Shown: piece by piece, positions 23,421 to 34,199 of the stretch
Layout of the letters: each line of letters starts with the position of its first letter
Position numbering within the stretch: position 1 is the stretch's first letter
Origin: Octopus sinensis
Taxonomy: Eukaryota
Assembly (NCBI RefSeq): GCF_006345805.1
Contig: NW_021833941.1
Coordinates: forward strand, 1-52,271
Direction of reading: 5' to 3'
Length of the DNA: 52,271 nucleotides
Notes under the pieces: generated by a model
What the model was told of the DNA's origin: nothing
Database searches by the model: none
What the model saw: the letters and a program-made list of their open reading frames with translations, nothing else
Made by a program: the position numbers and the translations under genes

Positions 23421-24621
23421 GATTTGCTCTTTCAAAAGAAAAAATTTCCGAAGACCAGGGTCAATGAATTAGTTAATTTCTTATTTTTTTGGTTTTAGTT
23501 AAAAAAGTCTTTTCTTAATAATTATAAATAAAAAGATTCGGACTAATTAATTCAATTTTGATTCCGCATAGTTAACTTAAAATATAAGCATAAATTGGAT
23601 TATTCTCGATAAAAAATTATGGAATTTTTGGGGCACCATAAAATCATTTATAAGGAATTAAAAATAAAATAAAATTATAATAAATTAATTATTTTTTGTT
23701 TTATTTTCAATTTATATTTTTATTGTTGTGGTTATGGATTACGAAACTAAATTGAAGATTGCTAAAGAAATTTTGAAGAAAAATTTATCTGAGAGGCAAC
23801 TAATGAAAAAGTACAACACAATTAAAGGAACAATATCAAGAATAAAACGAAATATTGTACCTTTCTTGCAACACGGCAATACTATTTCTGAGGAATATGA
23901 CACATTTAAAGCCGATAAAGATAAATTTGATGATCAAGTCTTTGAAATATTTCAAAGACTACGCGTAGATAAAATTCCGATTTCAGGCCCTATTTTGAAA
24001 AAAATTGCCTTAGTTACAGCTTCAAAAATTGGATTTACTTCTTTTAAAGCTTCCAATGGGTGGCTTGATAGATTTAAATTGCGGCATGAACTTCAATTCA
24101 AGTCAATATGTGGTGAAAAAGCTTCATGTGATTTATCTTATGTGAAAAATTATTTTGAAAAATATGACCAGAAAGTATTAAATATGGACCTGAGAATATA
24201 TTAATTGTGATGAAACTGCGCTTTTTATAAAAAGAACTCCTCAAAAATCATTTGTTGAACAAGGCGAACCGTGTTTTGGTTATAAACAAGGGAAAGAAAG
24301 ACTCACTGTTCTTCTATGCTGCAGTTTAATCGGGGAAAAACTTAATCCATTGATTATTGGAAAATATAAAAAACCTCGGTGTCTAAAAAATTTTGATGTT
24401 CAAGATTTTGGGTTATTGTATTCATCTTCTCAAAATGCATGGATGACTGGAAAGACTTTTATGAGTTGGCTTACACTTATAAATGAATCGTTTTGCAAAA
24501 ACAACAGAAAAATATTATTAATACTTGACAATGCGGGATGCCATAAAACTGCCGAATGTTCGAACATCGAATTTTTATTTTTGCCGAAAAATACAACGCC
24601 CTATTTACAACCTTTGGATAT

Positions 24622-27128
24622 TATTATTATTATTATTATTTGCGGTACTTTTGTCGAAGTGGTCGCAGTTTTTTTAGGCCTTTTAAAAAATCTAATAATT
24701 TTTGAGGTGGAATATATTATATTTTATTTAAGTCGCTCTATCAATAATTTAAAATATTATTAAATTTTTTACTAATTTATATTCCGACAGCTCCCAATAA
24801 GTAAGGAGGATGCAGTGCATTTTCTGCAAAATGTGGATATCCTTTCAAAATAAATTCCTTCTACAGTCCTGGAATTTGGATGCCGCGTACTAAAAATGAC
24901 TAAATTGGTTAAATAAATTTTTAAATAATTTTAATAACCGTTTAAATTATTGATAGAGGGTTTATAAATTAAATAATCTATTTTTCACTAAAAAAATTAA
25001 TTAATTTTAATTATCTTCTAAAAAAACTGCGACCACTTCGACCTCCGTCAAGTGTTTCCGGCAGCGTAACACGTGGACGTCCACGGAAGCTCGATCCCTC
25101 TTTCAGGAAGTAGCCCTCCATTGCTATGTTAGCTGGGGCAAGCATGTCCATTCGTAGAATATGGCCAAATAACCTCCACCGCATATTGACGATTTCCACA
25201 CTCAGAGGGCCAGTTCTGCATCTATTGTATAGCGATTCCTGGTTGATTCTTATAGGCCAGTTCAATCCCAGTAGGGATCTAAGTTGCCTGCGGTGAAAAG
25301 AGTCGAGTCCACGTTGTTCAGTACTAGACATTCCCCAGGTCGCCGAATTATATGTCAGGATTGGTTTGACAAAGGCTTCATACATCCTCAGACGAAGTGA
25401 CGTACAGAGTCGTCGTTTGCCGATCCACTCTTTCTTTATCTTGTTCATCGTGGCCCAAGCGAGAGCCTTTCTTCTGACAATATCATGGCCGTCCCCAAGT
25501 AGAGAACCAAGTTTGTTCGTTTTGCGCCAGGCTTCACTTGAGCTGCTCTCCATCCTCATGATTTCAACGATGTCGGTTTTTCCAACGTTCATTTTAAGGA
25601 ACCATCTGTTCAGCTCAGCAGGTGCCACTTCAAGGAGTCGAAGTAAGGCCGATTTGTCGTCTGACACGAAGTCGACGTCATCTGCATATACAATTTCGAC
25701 GATATTGCCAGCATAGAATTTTCGAAGGTCTCGTAGTGCCGTCTCCAGATAGATCACGAATAGCAGCGGCGAAGGGCGTCTCCCTGAGGGGTACCGACGT
25801 TGCACGTGAATTCACGGGAAAACGCCGTGCCGACCCGCACCTTGAGCTTTGTGTTCGATAGTAGTACTCTTATCATATTGACAGAGTCAGGGTCCAGGAA
25901 TTGTTCCAGTATTTTGAGGAGTAGACCACGGCGTACCGTGTCAAAGGCCCTAGACAGGTCTATTCCCAGGACTGTTGTTGCACTTTTGTATCTCTGGGTG
26001 ATAGCGCAGTACCACTTGTGGGCCCAGACAGCATCGGCGGTGGATCTTCCTGTCCTAAATCCACTATGACTCGGGGATAGATAGTTGTCCACTTGTTCTC
26101 TTATTCGGTTCAGTGTAACTAATCCCAAAAGTTTCCGTAAGGTGTTTAGCAAGATTATAGGGCGTAGATTTTCGACAGGCCCAGCCTGCTTGTTAGGCTT
26201 TTGGATCGGTATTAATAATCCGGAATCAAGACCGAGGAATTCCTTTTTCATAAACATACCATTGAGTAGCTCCGCCAGTTTGTCTGTTAGTGCAGGCGGT
26301 CCGTATTTAAACAGTTCTGAATTTATTCCATCCGGTCCAGAGGAGCGGCCATTTTTAAGTTTGGCTATTGCAGTTGATACTTCACCGGTGGTGATAGGTA
26401 GGCTGAGATGAGTGGTGTATCCGCTGGTGTAATCGGATATTTCTCCGTGAGCGGTTAATATACTCTCGAAATACGAGGCTATATATTCAGCCTGCTCTTT
26501 GGGATTTGTGATGAATCTTCCATTGCTGTCATGGATTTTGAGTTTGTTATTTGTTTTTTTCCTGTTGAGTAGGCGGATTGCCGTAAACATTTTTGAAGAG
26601 TCCTTTAGCTGTTCAATTCCTGCAGCTATTAAGTCGAGTTTGTTAGTGAAGTTTGTCTTGTTCAACATTTTGATTTTTTTCTGGGTAGATGAACGTCTAT
26701 TCTGTAAGATTTGTTTCTTCTTCGGATCAGATGTGTTTTCCAGTTGTAGTCTTAGCTCCTTTTGTTCTTTGATGAGGGCAGGGAGATCAGAGTGTATACC
26801 TTTGTTGCATAGTACTTGCGACCGGAGGCCAATTGCCTCGTCGGCTGCCAAGAGGATCCCTTTCATTGTCTCCGCCCAGGCACCTCCTGGAGAAAGTTCG
26901 GCATTTATGTTTCCAAGAGATTTCATGATTGACAGTTGGTAGTTGTCTCTGATCAGCGTAGATGAGCACAGTTGTTCGATTTTATGCCTTATCCTTACAT
27001 CAGCGTTGGGCCCTCTTCGTCGTAGGTCAATTGATGTCTTCATAGCAAACTTGGCAGAGACAATTTTATGATCACTGTAAGTAGCTGCACCTCCATAAGA
27101 CCTTGAGTCTCGGAGAAGCGATTTTTCC
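24622..27128 (-). mobile_element. 5'-truncated RTE-like LINE with (TAA)n tail and 11-bp TSD
   Basis: TSD CCTTTGGATAT at 24611-24621 and 27129-27139. ORFs 25754-27151 (end of APE, RT) and 25011-25805 (YADD, RWRLFGHILRM). Confidence 0.93.
24653..25042. mobile_element. 390-bp MITE with perfect 25-bp TIRs, replacing the LINE's 3' coding end; possibly Merlin-derived
   Basis: GTCGAAGTGGTCGCAGTTTTTTTAG (24653-24677) and its reverse complement (25018-25042). Internal KEDAVHFLQNVDIL is weakly Merlin-like. No TSD found. Confidence 0.65.
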
Positions 27129-27804
27129 CCTTTGGATATGGGAATAATCAAGATTTTTAAAGATTATTATTCCTCTTTCTTAATGGAATTTTTATGTTTT
27201 CAAGATTTCGAAAACGATTTTACACATTCTATTGGTAAATTAAATTTGCGTCAGGTTATGATGCTAATTTCAAAAGGATGGGAGAAAATAGATGCTAAAA
27301 GTATTGTTAATTGTTGGAAGAAAATCGACAGGAACCGTGATTCTTATGCAACAAAAAACTGTCTAACAGATGAACATTTAGATCAAGTTGTTAACGAAAC
27401 AATTGATGGAGAATGCGAAGACATGAACAATAATGTTTATGATACATATTCAGAAACCGAAAATAGTGAAAATGTCGTAGCAAAAAAAAAGATCTGCTTA
27501 ACAATTTAGAAGAAAAAATTTCTAATGTTGCACCAAGTATGCTCCGAGATTTTTTTGATTTTCGGCTGAAATTGACGAACAATATCAGACAAAACTCTAC
27601 AAATAAAAAGAAAATAACTGAATATTTTAGTAAAAATGTTTTTTGATGTTTATTAATGGTTTAATTTTTAAAAAAATAACAAACCCCTGTTTTGGGGCAC
27701 CCCCGCATTTTGGGGCACTTGGTGCCCCATTTGGGGGTCGGACTGTATATTAAATTTCAGTAAAGAATCAATGAAGCACGCCATTCGTATAAACAAATAA
27801 AACA

Positions 27805-28468
27805 TCAATTATGGTTTTGAGAATCTTCAAAATATTCGTTTTCAATAAAATTAACGCGAGGTCCCAAACTTCCCAAATCTTCAAGAACTGTACGTTTAGA
27901 CAATCTGGGCATAATGACATCAAAGACTCGCTCATTCCTGAGTAGCATGTGAATATACTCATCCATATGGATAATTGAATACTCTACAAATAAAGGAAGG
28001 GGATTACTTCCATCTCGATTCTGCATTTTGAGTTTCCTATAGTCCGCATAAAGCGGTTCAAGACATTGATAGCAGTCTACATTGCTAAACGTGAGACGTG
28101 CATAGAAGGCTCCCAATGCCCGGAGGTATCTAAAATGAAAATAAAAAAATACTTGAACTCGTTATTCATATATTCGATAATAATTTCATAATCTGGCTGG
28201 ATTTGAAGTAGTTTAAGTACTAGACAGAGAAAATTGGTAGGATTAATGGTCCCACCGAATACTCCGCCAATGCATTTAAGGGCCAGTGCATTGTCCACCA
28301 ATGATTCGGCTATATAATGTGTTATTGGGATAATCAACCTGTCAGGGCGAAGCATTCCTCTTTCCAGTATCTTGATTCGTAGATACGGGATCTTATTATT
28401 TTATCAATGACAGTTTGAGGGTTAGAACCATGAATAGAGACCGCACCTTTCAAAGTCTGATTCGCCAT
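27805..28468 (-). CDS. PRPF38A: Pre-mRNA splicing factor PRP38A, 3 introns (29, 23, 24 nt), no RS tail
   Basis: HGSNPQ..KIIRSRIYESRYWKEECFALTAE..GGVFGG..PTNFLCLVLKLLQIQP..KYLRALGAFYARL..LEPLYADYRK..HMDEYI..MPRLSKR. Confidence 0.96.
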
Positions 28469-28594
28469 TAGTGACAACAAGAACCAAATTAATATTTATT
28501 TCATTTATAATCATGCCAAAATTCAATTATTTAAAAAGGTTCAATTAAATAAATTTTTTTATAGAATCGTGTTTTATATTTATCATAGAATTAA

Positions 28595-28928
28595 TTCAAA
28601 CTGGGACAGAAACGCCCCGATGGGTTGACTTTATTCCCGTTCAGGGAGAAACTAGCCCTCGTGTGGGATGTTATTTGCGAAGACTCATTTTTCTCATCAT
28701 CGATGATCGACTCTGCTTCCCGTCTTGGATCATGATTCATCCCCCTGCTTCATCCCCCTGGCTTTCGAGATCAGTTGGATAATTGGACCCAAAGCGCTCA
28801 AACTATTCTTAGAGATTGTTTCAGCCATCACTAGGAGGAGTCACGATGGTCGTAAAACGAGCTGGTTTTTTCAACGGATATCGTTCGCGATACTACAAGG
28901 AATGCATGTCCATCTGCTCGGCAACTAA
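28595..28928 (+). mobile_element. 5'-truncated CRE-like RLE fragment upstream of PRP38A
   Basis: KRPDGLTL; WDV; FIPLAFEI; SWFFQRISFAILQG. Confidence 0.75.
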
Positions 28929-30005
28929 TTTAAATTAGAAAACATTTCTTTCATGTTTTTTTTGGTCTAAAAAACTATAACTTTGTAATAATGTAGGAAG
29001 TCTGGGCTATCAAAAGACAGCCAGCTATTAGTGGTCGCTCTCAAAGGTATCTGGTCGACTAGAAAAAAAGCGGTGAAAGTCAAATAGAAGTAAGCTAAAC
29101 TTGAGACGGTCAGGAATTTTCAAAGCTTAAATTTTGTTTCACAAATAGGACAGCATTTGCAATCGAATCTCCTTTTTCGGTAAATTGACACAAGGACTTG
29201 CGTTCCGACGGATTCGAGTTCAAATTGTAAGCACTGAACCGAGTCAGTGAGCCGAGGTAAGATGTTGAATCAAATAAGTGAAAGTCGTGTTGGTATTTAA
29301 AAGTTGTAAAAATTGCTGAATTTTCTTCGAAACGACTCCTTTAACTATTTTCGAAACTACGGAACAAAAGAGACAAGACAACAAGACACAAACTTAATTT
29401 GTTTAAGGGCGGCAACTATAGATTTTTTCCAAAACATTGCTTAAGGTAACTATTCAAAAAGATGTTTTTACTGGATGTCGTTAGAATTAGCTCAACTATT
29501 TTTTTAAAGAGCGAATTATATCCATTTACACAACTTCTTAGTAAAAATTTTTTTCAGCATTTTCAGGGTGAATTATTTCTAGTGGAATACTAAGGAACAA
29601 AAAGAACTAATTTATAAATATTGGCACTCTTCAGAGTTTGAAGTATAAAATCAAAAAAATTCTTATAATTCCAGATTTTTATAATTATCAGATATTCTAT
29701 CATTCAAGTCTCTAATTTTCTTATTATTACCCTTATCACAATAGTCGTAGTACTTTATAGCCCCGCATAGGGAAAACACACTTTATTTGAGCAAAGACCA
29801 ATTAATGCGCACCAAGAATAATTGAATAATCATTTTGATTTTTTTCTTTGCACCAAGAATCATTGAATGATCACTTTGGATTATGTAAAATTTATTATAT
29901 AATTTTTAATAATTTTGATCCCAAAAGAGTTGTAAAATTATTATTTGAACTTACGTATTCTTTTGTTGTGTCTGTATTTTCATGCTTGAGTTAATTTAGA
30001 AATTA

Positions 30006-30480
30006 TGGAATATAATAAAGAAATTAAAGAAATTCGTCACAATTTAAAGTTAATTCCCGAACCTCTTAAGTATACCTTTACTTAATTAATCAAGTCCTAA
30101 CATTGATGAGGAATATCAAAAATTAATGAAAATAATTGATAATTTCACTCAAATTGATGAAACCCCCATTTCCGAATCGTTTAAAGAGATAAATACAGTC
30201 AGCATGGTTGTCTTGACCTTGAATAACCTAACTTAAGAATGATAAGATTCCGGCGAAGCTACGGAATATCTTCGATGACGAGGTTCATTATGTTCTGCAA
30301 AAAACAATCGATTGATTCAATTCTTATTCTAAGGATTCCCTTGAATTTAACGTGGAGGCTCAAAAAAGGAAAAAATCTGGAAACGTCCCTCGAAAATCCC
30401 GTTTCAGTGATCTTAACTCTGTAAGACAAGGAGATGCTTTGGGGAGGGTCAACAATTCTGTTGCTAATTTTTTTAAATAA
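30006..30480 (+). CDS. Possible small intron-containing gene of unknown function
   Basis: ATG and three GT-AG segments of 25-42 nt join into an open hydrophilic frame (MEYNKEIKEIRH..DEEYQKLMKII..KRKKSGNVPRKSRF). No recognisable domain. Confidence 0.3.
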
Positions 30481-31424
30481 ACTATTATCCACGTAAAATC
30501 ATATTTTATTTTTTAAATTGTGTTTTTACTCTCAGGATGGATGAATTTATTTAGTTTAATTCAGGTCAAATAGGTCAGAAAAACCTCAAGATCTTTCTTA
30601 AAAAATTCATCCTAAGCAGACTATTTAAATATTTCTAACGGAAATTTTTATTTTGCAACAATAGTGCTTAAAATTACTGTTAACATTTCTTTTTTAGTGT
30701 AGAAATTGAGTTTTTAAATCAGACCACATATTAAACATCGATTAGTGGGAAAACAAGATTTTTATCTCCTAATATTTGTAGAAAGAAGACTTCCTTAAAG
30801 AAAATGGACAACATCAATTGGAACTTAATAACATTTTTATTCTCTCCCGGGGATTTTCGTTTGACATAACAAGAAGGTTCTCTAGAAACCATTAAAAAAG
30901 TAAAGAACAGTTAAAATAAGTTTAATTTTAAATATATCTTTGGTCTTTCCTGTTTGTGATTTGTTTTGACTGTCTAATAAAGAGTAGTTTTGTTGATTGA
31001 GAGTTTGAAGTATCGAGCTTTCTGGTTTGACTAAAAACCATCATATGATGTTGGTCAACTTTCCCAAAGAGTTTTATTTAAAATTTTATGATACTAAAAT
31101 CTCTTAGGTCTAATAAAAAGTAAAAAATTAATTTATTTATGAGCAACTGGAGTAAAAATGATAATTCTAAGAATTCATTAAGGAACCGCTGATAAGGAAA
31201 TCTTAGATATCAGTCGGCGTGTCTTTTTGTAATAAATAAAAGCTATTTCACATTTGAAAAATACTATTCGTGTGAGATTTCACTGATATTGATACAATTG
31301 CCGCCGAGCATAAGCGTGACACGTCTTTTTTTACAGCCCGGTCTATAAAAATTAATGAAATTGTTAAAAATTAGTTTAAATCTTTGTCAAGCAGTCAAGA
31401 GTTAAAATGTTTTATTGTAGCAGG

Positions 31425-31540
31425 TCGGTCACTGTTTATTTATCTAACCCGATTTCTCCCTGAAATTGGGAGGAATGCGGCATGAAGAAAACCGAAAAAC
31501 TTCTTAGGGTCACCCCATAAGTTAAGGAGGGAGTTAATTT
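31425..31540 (-). mobile_element. ~110-bp 3' stub of the same LINE family as 21123-21487
   Basis: Reverse complement AAAATTAACTCCCTCCTTAACTTAT..GCCGCATTCCTCCCAATTT matches 21392-21470. Confidence 0.8.
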
Positions 31541-33185
31541 TAGTTAGTTAGTTAGTTATGTTACCCCGGCTTCACTAACACGTAGGAAGCCGGCTGCAAT
31601 CAGGTAGCGAGACGCGAAGATCGGGCGCTCCCAGAGATCCCGAATCCCAATAGGCGGAGACAAGTGAGGCGGTCCAGGACAGGGGAAGAGGTCTTCGGGG
31701 GTGAAGGAACGGTATGTTTCAAAAATGAGTGGATGATGTCCCGAGCGAATCTGAGCAAGCTGGACACGGAGATATCTGCCGAGTGATTGCTCTGAGGAGT
31801 GGACCGGCGGGGGGGGGAGAGTTGAGAAGTTTGTTGTTTTTGAGCATCCTGATAGCACGAGTGGAGATGTAGTCATGGATTAGTTTATTCGCAGTTTTCC
31901 CATTGTTGGTTGAGAGTATTTTTGATAGACATCTACATTGATCGGCCAGAGTAGAAATGATGTGTCTTTTGTTTTCTGGAATAGAGATTTTGTGACTTGG
32001 ATGAGAAGAATCTTGTATTTCCTGTAGGAATTGGAGTCCTCTCATCGTCAAATGGTCATCGACCGGAAGGATACAGGACTCCCAATGGAGATGATCGATG
32101 GGAGTGGATGCAAGACAGCCAGTTATTGTGCGTAGCCCTGAGTTTTGAATTCTTTGGAGTTTTTGGAGGTTTGAATGAGACAAGTTCCATGACCATGCTG
32201 GACTAGCATAGTTCATAGATGTTCTGACAAATTGTTTGTAAACCAAAGTGAGGCATTCTTTGGCTTGGCCGTAAGTTTGTCCAGATAAGGCACGTAGTGC
32301 ATTCAGTTTTCGTTTGGCTTTGGTGGAAATGAGCTCCACGTGTTGCGTGAAAGATAGGCATTGATCGAATACGACTCCAAGGATTTTCGGGTTTTTTATG
32401 ACGGGAATTATTTCGCCGGCCACATCGAGGACTGGGTTTAGGTTGAATTGTCTTTTATCAGATGTAAAAACAGTGATGGACGATTTGGACGCAGAAGGAG
32501 TCATATGGTTAGATCCTAGCCATTTGGTCAGAGTCTAGATGAGTTTGAAGTGAGTTTGTTGCAGCTTCGATGGAATTGTTTCTTGAAGCAATCACTATGT
32601 CGTCAGCGTACGAGAGGAGTAATGTTTCCGAATTAGTAGGCATATCACTGAGGTGTAGATTGAAGAGGGCTGGAGAGAGACAGGAGCCCTGAGGGACCCC
32701 ATTAGGTAAGTAGCGGAATCTGGAGTTTTTTGACCCGAATTTTGTCTGAGCCAGTCTACCAGATAGGAAGCTACACAGCCAGATTTTCAGATTATGGGGA
32801 ATAGGAGAAGAGTGAATTTTTGAGCTCAGGACATGTCATGAAGTCCGGTCAAAAGCCTTACTGATATCAATTGAGGCCAGGATAGTTCGATGGGGAGGGG
32901 AGTAGTTATTAAATCCGTCTGCGATGAATCTTGTTAGATAAGATAGGTGTGTAGTTGTTGAGTGCTGCGGACGGAAGCCATGCTGTGACTTTGATAGAGT
33001 GAGGAAAGGGTAGATTGATTTCAGGACAAATTTTTCGAGGATTTTTGATAGGACAGAGATGAGTAAGATTGGCCTGAACGAGGCGGGGTCGCAGGGGTCC
33101 TTGTTGGGCTTCAGAATTGGAATGATAACAGATTTTTTCCAGACCATGGGTATTCGGAGTTAATCTTATAGTCAAGGAGAATGTG
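31541..33185 (-). mobile_element. 5'-truncated I-group (Vingi/Ingi-like) LINE with (TAAC)n tail
   Basis: WKKSVIIPILKP..FRPI..QHGFRPQHSTTT..HRTILASIDISKAFD; GVPQGS; YADD; PKILGVVFD; RVQLAQIRSGH. TTAG repeats at 31541-31558. Confidence 0.88.
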
Positions 33186-33203
33186 TTTCTTTCCTTAATT
33201 TCA

Positions 33204-33540
33204 AGGAGCCTTCTTGATCCCATATTTTCTGACGGCTGTGTTCTGAGGAATACCATTGATTTTTACTGAAACCTTAATTGGAAAATTGACTAGAAAGTCG
33301 GCAATAAAATGTTTCAACTTTAGTTTACTAGTGGCAGGTATTCAAGTGAAAATAAGTCTGTAAAGTGTGGGAGCTACCTGTGCAATATCAAATCTATACT
33401 TTTCCATGTTTTATAACTTTATTCTGGCTTGGGCATTTTATTACCTTTTTCCGTTTTTCAAAGCCCCTTGCCGTGGACATACTGCAATTCTGACTAGATC
33501 TCTCATAAATGCATTGACAAATTTAGTGGTATTATACAAA
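33204..33540 (+). pseudogene. SLC6 (sodium:neurotransmitter symporter) exon remnants
   Basis: GAFLIPYFLTAVF*GIPL..E..IG, then G..YNFILAWAFYYLF(frameshift)..PLPWTYCNSD*..C. Two in-frame stops and one frameshift. Confidence 0.7.
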
Positions 33541-33829
33541 ATGCGTCGACTTATGCAGTGAATGAATATTTTAGGCATTGAAGAGAGCAAAAGCTGGAGT
33601 GATCTATTTTTAAAACTTAATTTTAGTAACTTAGTAGACTTAAGGTAAAGTAAACAAAATTCTTTTGATCAGGTCTAGGCCGATGATGAAGGCAAATGCT
33701 TTTATTCGAAAGGTTTCTAGGTCAACTTTGTCAATTTTTGTCATTTTGTAATTTTCAGCTTAAATTTGTTTAATGTAAATATCAAATTTCAACCACGCTG
33801 ACTATTATATGATCGTTTTTATAATTCCT

Positions 33830-34135
33830 AAGTCAAAAAATTCACCTAATCTAAAGCCTTGAGAATTATCTACTAATTTCTCGATGAATTATCAATTACT
33901 CCCGGTGGAACTTTATATTGTTATTTATGCGATATTTGTGTAACATTTCGTAGAAAATGGTTTGTGGAAAAACAAAGATTTACGTAAAAACACATTTCAC
34001 ATATACACGAATCTAAAAAAAGGATTCAAACGTTTCTTCCGACTACTATCGACGCAAATGATTTTTCACTAAATCTAACTGAAGCATTTTTTCAGCAAAT
34101 ATTCTATTATATAAAGTTTATATAATGGTTATATT
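33830..34135 (+). mobile_element. CGGBP1-like hAT transposase N-terminal remnant
   Basis: ITPGGTLYCYLCD..WFVEKQR..H and F..NLTEAFFSANILLYK. Confidence 0.55.
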
Positions 34136-34199
34136 ATAAACTATGGAATCTTGCCTTTTTACATTTTTTAACAATAAAATTTTTTTTCAGCAAAACATT

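Larger units (their letters stand above)
23620..27745 (+). mobile_element. pogo/Tigger transposon (CENP-B HTH + DDE_1), split by a LINE insertion
   Basis: PISGPILK..FKASNGWLDRFKLRH; NCDETALF; LLILDNAGCH..FLPKNTT..LQPLD continuing as MGIIKIFK at 27135. Right TIR ends ...GGGGGTCGGACTG|TA. Left TIR not found. Confidence 0.9.

Noticed and set aside
25366-26942. Several long plus-strand ORFs (116, 89, 108, 147 aa)
   Set aside because: They are antisense to the RTE ORF, a common codon-symmetry artefact.
16141-31345. Recurrent TTAYAGCCC(C)G motif at ~16143, 29753 and 31333
   Set aside because: Three short matches with no consistent position relative to genes or elements, so chance cannot be excluded.
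33240-33520. TGA/TAG in the SLC6 frame as a sign of a variant genetic code or selenocysteine
   Set aside because: MSH6 and PRP38A end in TGA and intact exons contain no internal stops. A frameshift is also present, so decay is the simpler explanation.
33939-33944. TGTAAC as the partner terminus of the Ginger-like element
   Set aside because: Only a 6-bp match, no TSD, and it lies inside the coding remnant of a different (CGGBP1-like hAT) element.
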